DNA of 64,000 bases from assembly GCA_951406725.2 (NCBI GenBank), contig OX597827.1, positions 79,236,001-79,300,000 on the forward strand. Reading direction: 5' to 3'. Source of the DNA: Octopus vulgaris. Taxonomy: Eukaryota. Position 1 is the first letter of the stretch. Every line of letters starts with the position of its first letter. Below, piece by piece: positions 11,969 through 25,688 of the stretch. The notes beneath the pieces were generated by a model, which saw only the letters and a list, made by a program, of their open reading frames with translations, was not told the DNA's origin and searched no databases. Both the position numbers and the translations under genes were made by a program.

Positions 11969-12182
11969 TATAATAATAATGATAAATAAACTTTTTAATT
12001 TTTTGTATACAAAGACATATATAATAGAGATTTAACAGGGAATACAGAAAGGTATATTTGTAATCTGTTAGAGTTCATTAAACCTAAATAAAGATTAAGG
12101 TTAAATTAGTGAATTATAACAACAATACAGAGAGAAACTATACTAACAGCCAGTCTTATTGGATATTGATGTTTTCTGACAA

Positions 12183-12256
<74 letters not shown>

Positions 12257-12404
12257 CATTTGGACTACACAACACCAAAATTTAATATAAAATATAACAT
12301 AGGAATATATATAATTTAATATTTCTTGTATAATGTGTCTGGTATGATTCTGACATTAAAAAGCGTAATGCAGTTTGAAGTGATTGTATTACTGTAGTTG
12401 TTGT

Positions 12405-12997
12405 TAATGGTGGAAGTGATGGCTAGATCTCTCGATCCTCCACTGTCCCAGTCCCTGTATATATACAACATGGCAGACATTTTAGATATTATCCTTACCC
12501 TGTCTTTCATTAGAAATACAAATAATATAAATGTTATAATGAATATGAAAAGATAATAAAGAGAAAGAGAGAGAGAGAGAGATACTTACCTGCATTGTTT
12601 AATCCTTCACTGTAGTTGTGTGTGATGGATGATGTGTATCCTGCTGTAGTGTTCCACTCCAACTGCTGCTACTGCTGTAGTGGTATTATAGTGGTACTGC
12701 TGCTGTTGTAGTAGTGTTCCTGTGTTACTGCTGCTGCTGCTGCTGTTCCTGTGTAACTGCTGATATAATAGTGTGACAGTTGCTGTATGTAGTGGGAGGT
12801 GAGATGTTAGCCAGATGCTGGTGTGTGCTAGTTACAACTCTATGTCCTCCACACACACACACACACACACAATTGTGTGTATGATGAACAAAAGAAAAAA
12901 GCTATCAGCCTCACTTTCAATATTGAAAGAAATATAGAAAATCTCTCTCATCCAATAGGAAATTACTGCAATGATGTCTGTGTCACACAAACACATC
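12405..12997 (-). promoter_or_regulatory. Conserved promoter/first-exon block, gene B (donor after 12590)
   Basis: Copy of 2545-3135; ATG CAG|GTAAGT at 12595-12590. Confidence 0.72.
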
Positions 12998-13559
12998 AAA
13001 TAAAAGAATTCATATTACACTGAAGCAGCTTGATAATTTACAGGGGTATAATTAGTAGTATGACTTTATTATATATTTAGTCTTAGTAAAAAGGAACTTC
13101 TATTAAAATAATTAATAATTATATTTCTGTGTTTCATCCAAGTTGTATAAGTTAATATGAGATGACAATTGAGCAATTTCTAAAAGAAAAACAGACTGAA
13201 CTTCAGGGAGAAGATAGAAAATGTTTGATCATTACAAATTCAATATTCAAGAGCTAAATTAATTAAATCTATTTTAGGAAAGCTAAAATTAATAGACTTA
13301 TGCTTAAGGAAATATCTATACTAAAACTGACAGTAAAATAATGCTTTTATAATAATGTTCTATGTTATAATAAAGTTAGGTTTTTATTGTATTTATTGTA
13401 TCAGAGATGTAAGAAAGGGGTCATAGTAGATGCCACTGTAAGGCCCTTTACGTGTGATGTGTGAAAGTAACATAGAGTTAATATTTGTATATGAATATAA
13501 AGTATTGTATAAGATTTGGTGTGTGAGAGACTCATTTAACAATAGTCATGGAACATCTA

Positions 13560-13639
13560 CTATGTTGGCTGTAGATAGGTATCTTGTATTTGTTGTCCCT
13601 TTAGTATTGTGGCTGCCACTGGATTGTCATTGGTATATT
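13560..13639 (-). CDS. Pcdh: Pcdh C terminal coding exon
   Basis: Same splice site, frame and stop as gene B. Confidence 0.85.
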
Positions 13640-13803
13640 CTGCAAAATATCAAATATACAAACACAAATTACATTTCAATATAACAACTCCAATATATAA
13701 AGATAGAAACATTGATCTTATATTACACTAAGCATAACATTATATATTGTCCTACAGTAATAAAGGCAATTACATTTATATGTTATGTTTTGATAAAAGT
13801 TAC

Positions 13804-13948
13804 CTGGTTCTGCAGGTATCTCATCATATGGTTTAGTCTTGCCATTACTCTTGCTAGCTTCTCTGTCCTTTTGGGATGCTAAGGTGTCACTGTTGTAAGA
13901 CATGATGGAACTGGTGCGACGTCCTTGACTATGGATTGAATCACATCT
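13804..13948 (-). CDS. Pcdh: Pcdh C cytoplasmic exon (145 nt)
   Basis: AG/GT-flanked, open, conserved. Confidence 0.88.
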
Positions 13949-14327
13949 CTGTTGATTAGAAAACAAAGCAGAGTGAAGCATAATGTTAAAAAGAAGAAAC
14001 ACGTGCATTAATATTCTAGAATGTCCCTGGTATGACACAAAAATGGAATGCTTTTAAAATGAGCACAAAAATTATAATTAAACTTTTTCTTGGTTAATTA
14101 AAATAAACTTAGAATAAACAAGACAAAGATACAGGTTTAATGAAGTCCATGTAATTCTGTCTATTTCTTCTGTAAAATGTAAAATTATGAAAAAGCCATT
14201 GTGTTTCATGACAAAGACATAAGGAATGGAACACAACATGGAAATAAACAAGATGTATAAAATATGTTTGCAGGAATATTGTAAAAAAATTTGATGCAAC
14301 AACTGGATTGTTTCAAAATATATTTAC

Positions 14328-16727
14328 CTGAGGCACAGGTGGAAGTCTCCTTTGTGTTGTTGAGAATTTCCACTCATCTGGTGTCTGTTCCATCTCCAGA
14401 AAAAACTGACTTTTAGATTTTATTGTCTGAAGATTTCGGTTAAATATCTCTTCTGCATTTCTCGTTATTGCAACAGGATTGTTAGTCTGATACAGTAATT
14501 GTCTCATCTCAGTCTGAGAGAGAAAGTTGGGATTCTCTGCTGTTGTGGGTGAGTTATTTGTGTGATTAATACATCTGAAAACACACAGTGTTATGGACAC
14601 TACAATAGCCACAGACAGTATTACAGCTGCTGCTACAATGATAATTACCCAAGTCATATTCAGGTCGTGACCAGACTGGAATGGCACAGCAGTCAACATT
14701 GGAGATGTATCATTACTAACAAACAGTGTTAGTATGATAGCAGTTGTTGCTGATTGAACTGGAGTACCACCGTCTTTCACTATAAACTGCAGCTCATATG
14801 TTCCTGCATCATTTTGGTAAACTGTGCGAGAGAAAGATAACACACCAGTGTGTGAGTTCACTGTAAACAGGTTTTTATCATTGGATCTCAGTATTCCATA
14901 TGTGAGGAAAGCATTGTTTCCAGTGTCTTTGTCAGATGCTCTCAGAATTGTGATGTCCTTCTTACTGTGTGGATGGTAGTGGACATCTAGATTGTAAGGG
15001 TCATTATTAGGAAACGTAAAATACGGAGCATTATCATTTTTATCTAGAATCTCAATAACAATATTGGCAGTGTCATTGAGAGAAGGTGTTCCCTTATCTT
15101 TCACTAAAACCTTGAACTTATAGATGTCTTTCATTTCCCGATCTATTGATTGTGATGTAGAAATAAATCCATATTTTGTCAGTTGGAAAGGAATGTTATC
15201 ATTGTTGTTATCATTGATGATAGAATATGTAAGTTGGCCTCCATCTCCAAGATCAGGGTCTGTAGCATTGATGAAGCCAATAGGGAAGTCAACTTTCTGG
15301 TTTTCATAGGTGAGGAATTGGAATGTCTCTTTGGTAAAATGTGGTTCTACATCATTGACATCAGTTACTTTGACAGAGAAATATTTTTTACTTTCTAGTT
15401 GAGGTGACCCCATGTCATGACACACAATAGATACTTTATAGTGGTCCCTTATTTCTCTGTCAAGATGGCCCTTAACAATCATTTTATATTCTTTAGAATC
15501 CATTTTGGCAAGTTTAAATTTATCATGTTTTAAATCACAGATAACCTCACCATTAGGTCCACTATCAGTGTCAGTGACCATAACATAAGCTATAAAACTA
15601 TCTACTTCACTGTCTTCTGAAACTGCTGCTGAGCTCTCTGATAAAGGAGATACAAAATCTATGTTAATCAATGGAGCAGTATTTTGGTTATTAATAATGT
15701 GAATCTGGACTTTGGTTACAGAACTTAAGGGTGGATTTCCTTCATCCTGTGCTTCAATAAATAATTTATAAGATTGCTTTTTACTAAACTGAAAATTATC
15801 GTGTAAAAATAAATCTCCAGTTTTCTTATCTAATACAAAATATTTCTGGATATTTTGGGATGTTTTATGGTTGAAATGGTAAGAAATTATTCCATTGTCT
15901 CCAGAATCTTGATCTGTGGCTTTTAAAGTAAGAATTGGTAAATGTCTTTGATGTGAATTATTTATAGAGATGTTATAGAATTTCTGTGAAAATACAGGTA
16001 TGTTATCATTGACATCTGTTACAGATATGTGTACTTTGAGTGTAGCTGTTTTGGGAGGGTACCCTCCATCTTTAGCCTCCAGGGTCAACATATATGAGTC
16101 TTTCACTTCCCTGTCTAATTTGCTTTTCAAAGTCAGAGTAGGTATGAAAACACCATCATACCGCTTTTCAATTGAGAGTGCAAATACTTCTCTCTTACTT
16201 TTCTTAATCACATAAGTAATTTGAGAATTCTTTATTGAAATGTCTTTATCAATGGCATTTAGAAGGGGTATTTTAGAACCTTCAAAGTCTCTCTCCAAAA
16301 ATTGAATTGTGATTTCATTCTTTGGAAATTCTGGTGAATGATCATTGATGTCTTCTATTAATATTTTAATTTTAAGAATTTTTAAAAATGTCTTTCCTTT
16401 CCTCACTGCTACTTTAACAATTCTGGAACATTCCTTGTTGTATGTACACAGAGACTCAGCATCCAGTGTTTGAGTAGTGTATAGTTTTCCTGAGTTGGTG
16501 ACATTAAATAAGTGAGAACCACTCTCGACTGTCCTTTGTAGTTGTGTAAATGTAATGAGAGTGTGTTGTTGATGTGTGAGAGGGTGTGATAAGTTGGAAT
16601 CAACAGCAATGTCTCCTATGTAGGTGTGAGGTCTGTCTTCTTCCTTGACATGGTATGTAATATCTATGGACAGTACAAGGGTGATCAGTAAATGTAGAAG
16701 ACACAGTAGACCAATATATGCTGTCAT
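14328..16727 (-). CDS. Pcdh: Pcdh C large exon, 800 aa: signal peptide, EC1-EC6, TM, proximal tail
   Basis: ORF 14313-16727; LDRE, DxNDxxP and AxDxD motifs; EC1 C-x5-C loop (CTYNKEC); TM WVIIIVAAAVILSVAIVVSITLCVF; donor after PPVPQ. Confidence 0.96.
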
Positions 16728-16765
16728 GTCTGGAATTCTTCATCACATTTCAACAGGAGAAACTG
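16724..16765 (-). other. 3' half of spliced uORF, gene C
   Basis: CAG and TTG are synonymous variants; TGA overlaps ATG. Confidence 0.6.
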
Positions 16766-16856
16766 CTACAAAAGACAACAGCAGTATTGAAAATAAAATA
16801 ACTTATGGAAATAATAGCAAACAGGTCAATGTTAATATATATATATATATATGTAT

Positions 16857-16888
<32 letters not shown>

Positions 16889-17039
16889 GTATACACACAC
16901 ACACACATATATATCTGTAAATACATTCTATTATACCCAAATGTACAATTTAAAAACCATCTTTTCCTGATGTGACATTCATTAGTGAGTAAGAGTTATC
17001 TTTGTGGAATATACAAGCACCATGGTAGCTTTTATACAG

Positions 17040-17225
17040 GTTTCAAATTTTGCAAGCAAACTTGGGGAAAAGGGTAAATTGATTACATGTTCCCCAGTGC
17101 TCAATTGGTACTGAATTTATTGACCCCGATAGGATGAAATGCTATGCTGGCCCTGGCAATATTGGAACTCAGAATGTAAAAATGGATGAAATGCCACTGA
17201 GCATTTTGCCTGGCAAGCTAACAAT
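17040..17225. mobile_element. Degenerate SINE-like repeat, also at 25945-26130
   Basis: ccccagtgctcaa.tggtact...gacccc.a.aggatgaaa...gaactcagaatgtaaa, shared by genes C and D. Confidence 0.55.
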
Positions 17226-17729
17226 TCCACCATCTCATCACCTTCATAGTAGTTTTTATACTGAATTCTCAATATGTCTCATTATTTATCTTTCAGACTA
17301 ACTCATTTAAAGACAATATTATGTGTCACTATGCGAAAGCAATGTTTCGATGATTCAGTGCTCATCTGACTCTGATAAGTACTGAACAAATAGTTTTAGT
17401 TGTATTGAGATATACAGTCTCACCAAAATATTGGTCGGGACAGATGCAGTACATTGTTTAAATGAAACACTAAGTATTTTAAAATTTAGTACAATTAAAC
17501 ACCTATGAATTAATTGACCATATAAAGTGTGTGTGTATTTACACACACACACACACACACATTATATATATTAAAAATTGTAGCTAAAAGATTACACTTG
17601 AAAGTAAGAGCAATCTCTAGCTCTGTATTGTGTTCATAACCAGGATACCTAACTCCCCAATGGCCAGTGTAACTGGCTATAAACAGGTACCAAATTAGCA
17701 ATGGGGTGGTGGGGTGGTGGTGTATGCTC

Positions 17730-18470
17730 TGAAAGTATTGTTTTTAGAATACAAATAGGATGGAGAAATTTCAGAGAGCTATTACCTCTGTGGGCAACAA
17801 AAGGACTCTCTTTTAGCTTGAAAGGTAGATTGTATGATGCATGTATATGAATAGCTATACTCCATGGCAGTGAGACATGGGCTCTGAATGCAGAGGACAC
17901 TTGTAGACTAGAGAGGAACAACAGTGGTATGCTCCACTGGATATGCAGTGTCAATGTGCATGGATGATAAAGCGCAAATGTGTTGAGAGAAGAGTTGGGT
18001 ATAAAAGGAATCAAATGCAGCATGCAAGAGAGAAGACTATGATGGTTTGGACGTGTGATGTGTATGAATGAAAACAGTTGTATAAAGAAGTGTCTGCCAC
18101 TGAAAGTGGATGGTGTCTGTGGAAAAGGGAGACCCAGGAAGACATGGGATGAAATGGTGAGAACTGATCTCAGGATGTGTTGCCTCACAGAGGAAATGAC
18201 ACTGGATTGTAAAGTGATTGGCATTTGGAAGGGCATCCTGTTGTAAAATACCATGCCAAAACTGACCTCATCTGTGCAAGTGTCACATAAAAAGTACTCA
18301 GCCCACTCTATGGAGTGGTTGGTGTTAGGAAGGGCATCCAGCTGTAAAAACCATGCCAAACACACTTAGAAGCATGGTGCAGGCTCCCACCTGGACAACT
18401 CCTGTCAAACTGTCCACCCCATGCCAGCATGGAAGGGGGATGTTAAACGATGATGATGATGATGATGATG
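17730..18470 (+). mobile_element. Older degraded RTE-clade LINE 3' fragment with (GAT)n tail
   Basis: Homologous to 7770-8384 (GRLYDAC, LHGSETW, GRPRKTWDE) with in-frame stops. Confidence 0.85.
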
Positions 18471-19668
18471 AAGATGGTTCTGTTCCAAACTGTAGCATGT
18501 TGGCTTTAATGAGTGATTTCTTAGCAGTATTGATGTGAAGCCCTTTTGTTCTTATTTAAGCTATTTCTTGTGATCCTTTCAGGGTCACGGTGACACCGCA
18601 TTTTGATGGTTGCTATTTTAAATATTCTTATTATCCGCTAAACTACCAGAGGACAAACTTTACCTAATAACTTCCACACATTATCCTCAACGCCATTCTG
18701 CATCTCTTTTCTATGCTAGAACCTGTTGGAAAAGTCTGAGTCTAGTTATATTCAGAGTTTACAGTCCTCTACAATGGTTCAGAAGACTATATCTCACTTG
18801 TATGTCTAATTTTTGTTCAGGTGTCTATGGCTTAATGCCTTAATTCATTCACTAGCTACTTTACAGAGTGGACTGAGCGTATGTTATTGTGACACCTGCA
18901 CTAGAGAGGTTGTCATGTTCATCATAACACAAATGACAAGGGGATGACAGGATAGAAGAAGAAAAAGAGTGATTGAGTTGAGTGAGTGATTAAAGGTTGA
19001 GAGAGGGTGATGGATGGTAACAGAGAAGAACAAAGGTAAGGGTGAGTGACAGATGTCAATAACAAGTGGTTCTGAGGAAAGAGAATGATGACTAATGATT
19101 GGCAGTACAAAAAGAATGATGGTGGAACATATTGGGTGACATAATCCCTTACACATTGGTTGTATGATGGACAAGGGATGTAGAGTGATAAGGATGGGGT
19201 AGGGCTGTGTGGATACAGGTAAGTCAAATAACATCTCTCGTAACACAGGTGACATGGCACAGAGAACAAGAGAGGATGAGTGTAGATTGAATAGTGAGAA
19301 AGTGACTAATAGAGATCACGCAAACATTCATATACATCACATGGTGTAAGAGCAATTTGTATCCATTTAAAATACATAAGAAAATGTTATTTCTTAACAG
19401 TATAGTCTACCTTCAGTTACCTGTGGCCAGGTAACTGAATTCCACCACTAAATTTGGCATACTTCTCTTATTTTGGTGGTGCTAGAAGAGGCATAAGGTT
19501 TTGGTAAACACTAGCAAGCCATTTCTACTAGTTTCTCTTCATTTATTGTAATTATCTGACCTAATATGGTCCCAGCCATGTTTCAATGCATAAAGGAGAC
19601 AGTTCTTGTTGCATAAAACTCAAACACCAAACATTGTTCTTTACAAATAAATTTGATTTTCTGAAATA

Positions 19669-19898
19669 TGAGGGGTGCTGAAAAGTTCCTTGCTTTAAGG
19701 GTATTATGAAAGGTCTGGTTGGAGGTCCAACCTTCTGAGTTCTTTTACAGGGCTTAGAACAACTGAATGACCACTGCATTTTGTAAATCTGAGAGGGAAT
19801 ACGTTGAATGTGTTGAATAAGAGAGAATATATTGAATAAAGCCATAATTTATTGTATTTTCTTTTACTTAAAGCCAGGAACTTTTCAGTGCCCACTCT
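19669..19898. mobile_element. Mariner-type MITE with TA target duplication
   Basis: TIRs gaggggtgctgaaaagttcc / ggaacttttcagtgcccactc; TA on both sides; empty TA site at 10966-10967 in the gene B paralogous segment. Confidence 0.85.
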
Positions 19899-21297
19899 TA
19901 ATTTGAACGCTGTGTGTCTGAGAGACGTTTGTGCGAAGCACTTCTTTTAAGCACTGGATCCATAGCTGGGTGTTAATGTATGTAAAATATAATAATAAAT
20001 GTTGAACAACAAGTAGGAATGGTTCACTAGTGTTTACAAAATTGCACAGTAAAAATGCGTACTGCATTAGCTTTTTAACAGTGTATAATAAACACAGAGA
20101 AAGATATTGTTCTAGTTCTTTGCTAATAGTGAATCACAGGAAAAAAGGTGCATAAGGAACAAAATAATAGTAGATGGTGGGAGTTCAATGAGTGGTTGGA
20201 GCACTAATGATATGGTTTAAGCTCTATGTTAGTGAAAGTACTGAGTGGGTTGGAATTTGAAGGAAGAAAGAAATATTGTTCTAGTGACAGAACTTAAATA
20301 ATCTTGTTGTGGGATGCAGAAAACTTCCTTCATAATACATATTTTGACAACAATTATTAAAAATGATATAGTGATATTAACAACAGGGACAAAATAATTT
20401 ATAAAATTATGTAGAAATGTTTTACAACGTATCTTTAATAAAAGAAAGATTAAGATAATAAAACGCAAATTGCTTAAAAAAAAAAATCATAATTTCCATG
20501 TAATATGTGGAAATTTTAAATTGACTAAATCACAACAAAACTATTTTAAACAATATTTACTACAAATGATAAGTAGGCTTCATAACATACTGCTACATAA
20601 AATATATTTGAGGAATATTTTGTTATATTATAATAACTATAACAATGTAATGTCAGTTTGTAGAAAGCAGATGATGGTATTTCTCATAAAATTCTCCACA
20701 AATCTACAGCATTCATCAATTGTTGTTAGACTTAATATATTTTAGCAGCACAGGACAATATCATCAGTTTATATTACACACTAAATATCTTAAAAAGTAA
20801 ATCAACACTAAATTATATTTATTGCCATCTAAATAATAAAAATAGTAATAATGAGATGATGATGATAATGAAATATTCTTAGTTTATTATATACAAAGAA
20901 ATATAGAATGGATATTTAACAAGGCATGTATATATATATATAAAAACACACACATACATACATACACATATAGATAGATATTAATGTTCTGTTACAGTTC
21001 ATTAAAGCTAATTAGTGAATTATTATGACAAAACAGATAGAAACTATACTGACATACATTATTAACACACAATGTTATTGGCTATCAATCAGTGTTTTCT
21101 AACGGTTAAATAAATTTATATGCAGGTAGTTTGGATTAAATTAGACCACTATTATATGTAAAATATATCATAGCAATATATATGTATATAGTCTAATATT
21201 TCTTGTATAATGTGTCTTGTATGATTCTAACATTAAAAGACATAATGCAGTTTCAAGTAATTGTATTACAATGACTACTGCAGTTCTTGTTGTTGTT

Positions 21298-21897
21298 GTT
21301 AATGGTGGAAGTGATGGCTAGATCTCTCGATCCTCCACTGTCCCAGTCCCTGTATATATACAACATGGCAGACATTTTAGATATTATCCTTACCCTGTCT
21401 TTCATTAGAAACACAAATAATATAAATGTTATAATGAATATGAAAAGATAATAAAGAGAAAGAGAGAGAGAGAGGGAGACTTACCTGCATTGTTTAATCC
21501 TTCACTGTAGTTGTGTGTGATGGATGATGTGTATCCTGCTGTAGTGTTCCACTCTAACTGCTGCTGCTGCTGCTACTGCTGTAGTGGTATTATAGTGGTA
21601 CTGCTGCTGTTGTTGTAGTGTTCCTGTGTTACTGCAGCTGCTGCTGCTGTTCCTGTGTAACTGCTGATATAATAGTGTGACAGTTGCTGTATGTAGTGGG
21701 AGGTGAGATGTTAGCCAGATGCTGGTGTGTGCTAGTTACAACTCTATGTCACACACACACACACACACACAATTGTGTGTATGATGAACAAAGAAAAAAG
21801 CTATCAGCCTCACTTTCAATATTGAAAGAAATATAGAAAATCTCTCTCATCCAATAGGAAATTACTGCAATGATGTCTGTGTAACACAAACACATCA
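21298..21897 (-). promoter_or_regulatory. Conserved promoter/first-exon block, gene C (donor after 21485)
   Basis: Copy of 2545-3135. Confidence 0.72.
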
Positions 21898-22714
21898 AAC
21901 AACAGAATTCATGTGAAACAAAAGGAACTTCATAGTTGATATGTAATAATAACACAATATTACATATTTCATGCTAAGAAACTAAAAATTGTATGGAAAA
22001 TTCTAAATTTACTATCATACAATTGAAAATGTTTTTTTTCAAACAGATGAAAATTTTAGTAGAGACAACCATATTTTGACCACTTTCAAAGTTTATTTCA
22101 AACGTGGAAATGAAAATTTTCCAAATAATCATTTTGAAAACAAAAATGGATTTTCCAGAAATATTCTAATCTATCTCCAATATTTGATGTTTTCAATTTA
22201 AAAATTTAACAAAACTATGTGTTTGTAGTATGCTATCTATCTTAAAGTTTTAAAGGTGAACTATTTACCACTACAACAATTATCCATCTATAAGGATGGT
22301 AATTGGTAAAAATAATTCTAGAGTTGAAAAAAAAAAAGTCTAAGAGAAAAGTTGTAAATAAAAGTAAAATAGCAGAAGGTATATGTTAGAATTGGTCTCC
22401 AACGAAAACATAGTATGATTAAAAATTTTAAGATGATTCAATTAAGTTATCTATTTTTAATGAAATCCTTATAAGAAAACTGAGAGTAAAATTACTATTT
22501 TATAATAATGTACTATGGTAATCTACAGTAGGGTTTTTGTTGAAATTTAATGTATCAAGGGGTAAATTGGGGGTTATAAGAGATGCCAATATAAGGCCCC
22601 TTATGTGTGTGATGTGTGAAAGAAACATAGAGTTGAGATTTTTATATGAATATAAAGTATTGTATAAGATTTGGTGTGTGAGAGAATCATTTAACAATAG
22701 TCATGGAACATCTA

Positions 22715-22794
22715 CTATGTTGGCTGTAGATAGGTATCTTGTATTTGTTGTCCCTTTAGTATTGTGGCTGCAACTGGATTGTCATTGGTATATT
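22715..22794 (-). CDS. Pcdh: Pcdh D terminal coding exon
   Basis: As for gene B. Confidence 0.85.
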
Positions 22795-22958
22795 CTGCAA
22801 AATATCAAATATACAATCACAAATTACATTTCAATATAACAACTCCAATGTATAAAGATAGAAACATTGATCTTGTATTATACTAAGCATAACATTATAT
22901 ATTGTCCTACAGTAATAAAGGCAATTACATTTATATGTTATGTTTTGATAAAAGTTAC

Positions 22959-23103
22959 CTGGTTCTGCAGGTATCTCATCATATGGTTTAGTCTTGCCGT
23001 TACTCTTGCTAGCTTCTCTGTCCTTTTGGGATGTTAAGGTGTCACTGTTGTAAGACATGATGGAACTGGTACGACGTTCTTGACTATGGATTGAATCACA
23101 TCT
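22959..23103 (-). CDS. Pcdh: Pcdh D cytoplasmic exon (145 nt)
   Basis: As for gene B. Confidence 0.88.
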
Positions 23104-23288
23104 CTGTGGATAGTAGAAAGTGGAATCTTCTATAAATACAAGTTTAGATCAATCCTAATAAAACAGTCTGAGGGACTGAAGTTGAGTTTTTTTGCAGTAA
23201 TAACTGTACATACGTGAATAATGGATAAAATACTTCTACCTTTATAATAATAAGCAGAGAAACATCAATTATCCAAAATAATATTTAC

Positions 23289-25688
23289 CTGAGGCACGGG
23301 TGGAAGTCTCCTTTGTGTTGTTGAGAATTTCCACTCATCTGGTGTCTGTTCCATCTCCAGAAAAAACTGACTTTTAGATTTTATTGTCTGAAGATTTCGG
23401 TTAAATATCTCTTCTGCATTTCTCGTTATTGCAACAGGATTGTTAGTCTGATACAGTAATTGTCTCATCTCAGTCTGAGAGAGAAAGTTGGGATTCTCTG
23501 CTGTTGTGGGTGAGTTATTTGTGTGATTAATACATCTGAAAACACACAGTGTTATGGACACTACAATAGCCACAGATAGTATTACAGCTGCTGCTACAAT
23601 GATAATTACCCAAGTCATATTCAGGTCGTGACCAGACTGGAATGGCACGGCAGTCAACATTGGAGATGTATCATTACTAACAAACAGTGTCAGTATGATA
23701 GCAGTTGTTGCTGATTGAACTGGAGTACCACCGTCTTTCACTATAAACTGCAGCTCATATGTTCCTGCATCATTTTGGTAAACTGTGCGAGAGAAAGATA
23801 ACACACCAGTGTGTGAGTTCACTGTAAACAGGTTTTTATCATTGGATCTCAGGATTCCATATGTGAGGAAAGCATTGTTTCCAGTGTCTTTGTCAGATGC
23901 TTTCAGAATTGTGATGTCCTTCTTACTGTGTGGATGGTAGTGGACATCGAGATTGTAAGGGTCATTATTAGGAAACGTAAAATACGGAGCATTATCATTT
24001 TTATCTAGAATCTCAATAACAATATTGGCAGTGTCATTGAGAGAAGGTGTTCCATTATCTTTCACTAAAACCTTGAACTTATAGATGTCTTTCATTTCTC
24101 GATCTATTGATTGTGATGTAGAAATAAATCCATATTTGGTCAGTTGGAAAGGAATGTTATCATTGTTGTTATCATTGATGATAGAATATGTAAGTTGGCC
24201 TCCATCTCCAAGATCTGGGTCTGTAGCATTGATGAAGCCAATAGGGAAGTCAACTTTCTGGTTTTCATAGGTGAGGAATTGGAATGTCTCTTTGGTAAAA
24301 TGTGGTTCTACATCATTGACATCAGTTACTTTGACAGAGAAATATTTTTTACTTTCTAGTTGAGGTGACCCCATGTCATGACACACAATAGATACTTTAT
24401 AGTGGTCCCTCATTTCTCTGTCAAGATGGCCCTTAACAACCATTTTATATTCTTTAGAATCTATTTTGGCAAGTTTAAATTTATCATGTTTTAAATCACA
24501 GATAATCTCACCATTAGGTCCACTATCAGTGTCAGTGACCATAACATAAGCTATAAAACTACCAATTTTACTTGCTTCTGAAACTGCTGCTGAGCTCTCT
24601 GATAAAGGAGATACAAAATCTACGTTTATCAATGGAGCAGTATTTTGGTTATTAATTATGTGAATCTGGACTTTGGTTACAGAACTTAAGGGTGAACTCC
24701 CTTCATCCTGTGCTTCAATAAATAATTTATATGTCTGCTTTTTACTAAACTGAAAATTGTCATGTAAAAATAGATCTCCGGTCTTCTTATTTAATACAAA
24801 ATATTTTTGGATATTTCGAGATGTTTTATGGTTGAAATGATAAGAAATCTTTCCATTGTCTCCAGAATCTTGATCTGTGGCTTTTAAAGTTAGGATTGGT
24901 AAATGTCTTTGATGTGAATTACTTATAGAGATGTTGTAGAGTTTCTGTGAAAATACAGGTGTATTATCATTGACATCTGTTACAGATATGTGTACCTTGA
25001 TTGTAGCTGTGTTGGGAGGGTTTCCTCCATCTGTAGCTTGTAGAGTGAACATATATGAGTCTTTCACTTCCCTGTCTAATTTATCTTCTAATATTAATTC
25101 AGGTATGAATACACCATCATGTCGCTTTGTGATAGAGAGAGAAAATGCTTCTCTTTTACTTTTCTTAACTGTATATCTAATTTGAGAATTCTTTATCGAA
25201 ATATCTTCATCAACTGCATTTGGAAGAGGTATTTTATCTCCTTTACTGTCTCTTTCAAAAAACTGAATTGTGACTTCATTCTTTGGAAATTTTGGAGAAT
25301 GGTCATTGATGTCTTCTATTAATATTTTAATTCTTAATATTTTCATAAATGTTTCTTCTTTCCTCACTGCTACTTTAACTGTTCTGGAACATTCTTTGTT
25401 GTATGTACACAGAGACTCAGCATCCAGTGTTTGAGTAGTGTATAGTTTTCCTGAGTTGGTGACATTAAATAAGTGAGAACCACTCTCGACTGTCCTTTGT
25501 AGTTGTGTAAATGTAATGAGAGTGTGTTGTTGATGTGTGAGAGGGTGTGATAAGTTGGAGTCAACAGCAATGTCTCCTATATAGGTGTGAGGTCTGTCTT
25601 CTTCTTTGACATGGTATGTAATATCTATGGACAGTACAAGGGTGATCAGTAAATGTAGAAGACACAGTAGACCAATATATGCTGTCAT
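23289..25688 (-). CDS. Pcdh: Pcdh D large exon, 800 aa
   Basis: ORF 23265-25688; six cadherin repeats + TM; donor after PPVPQ. Confidence 0.96.
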
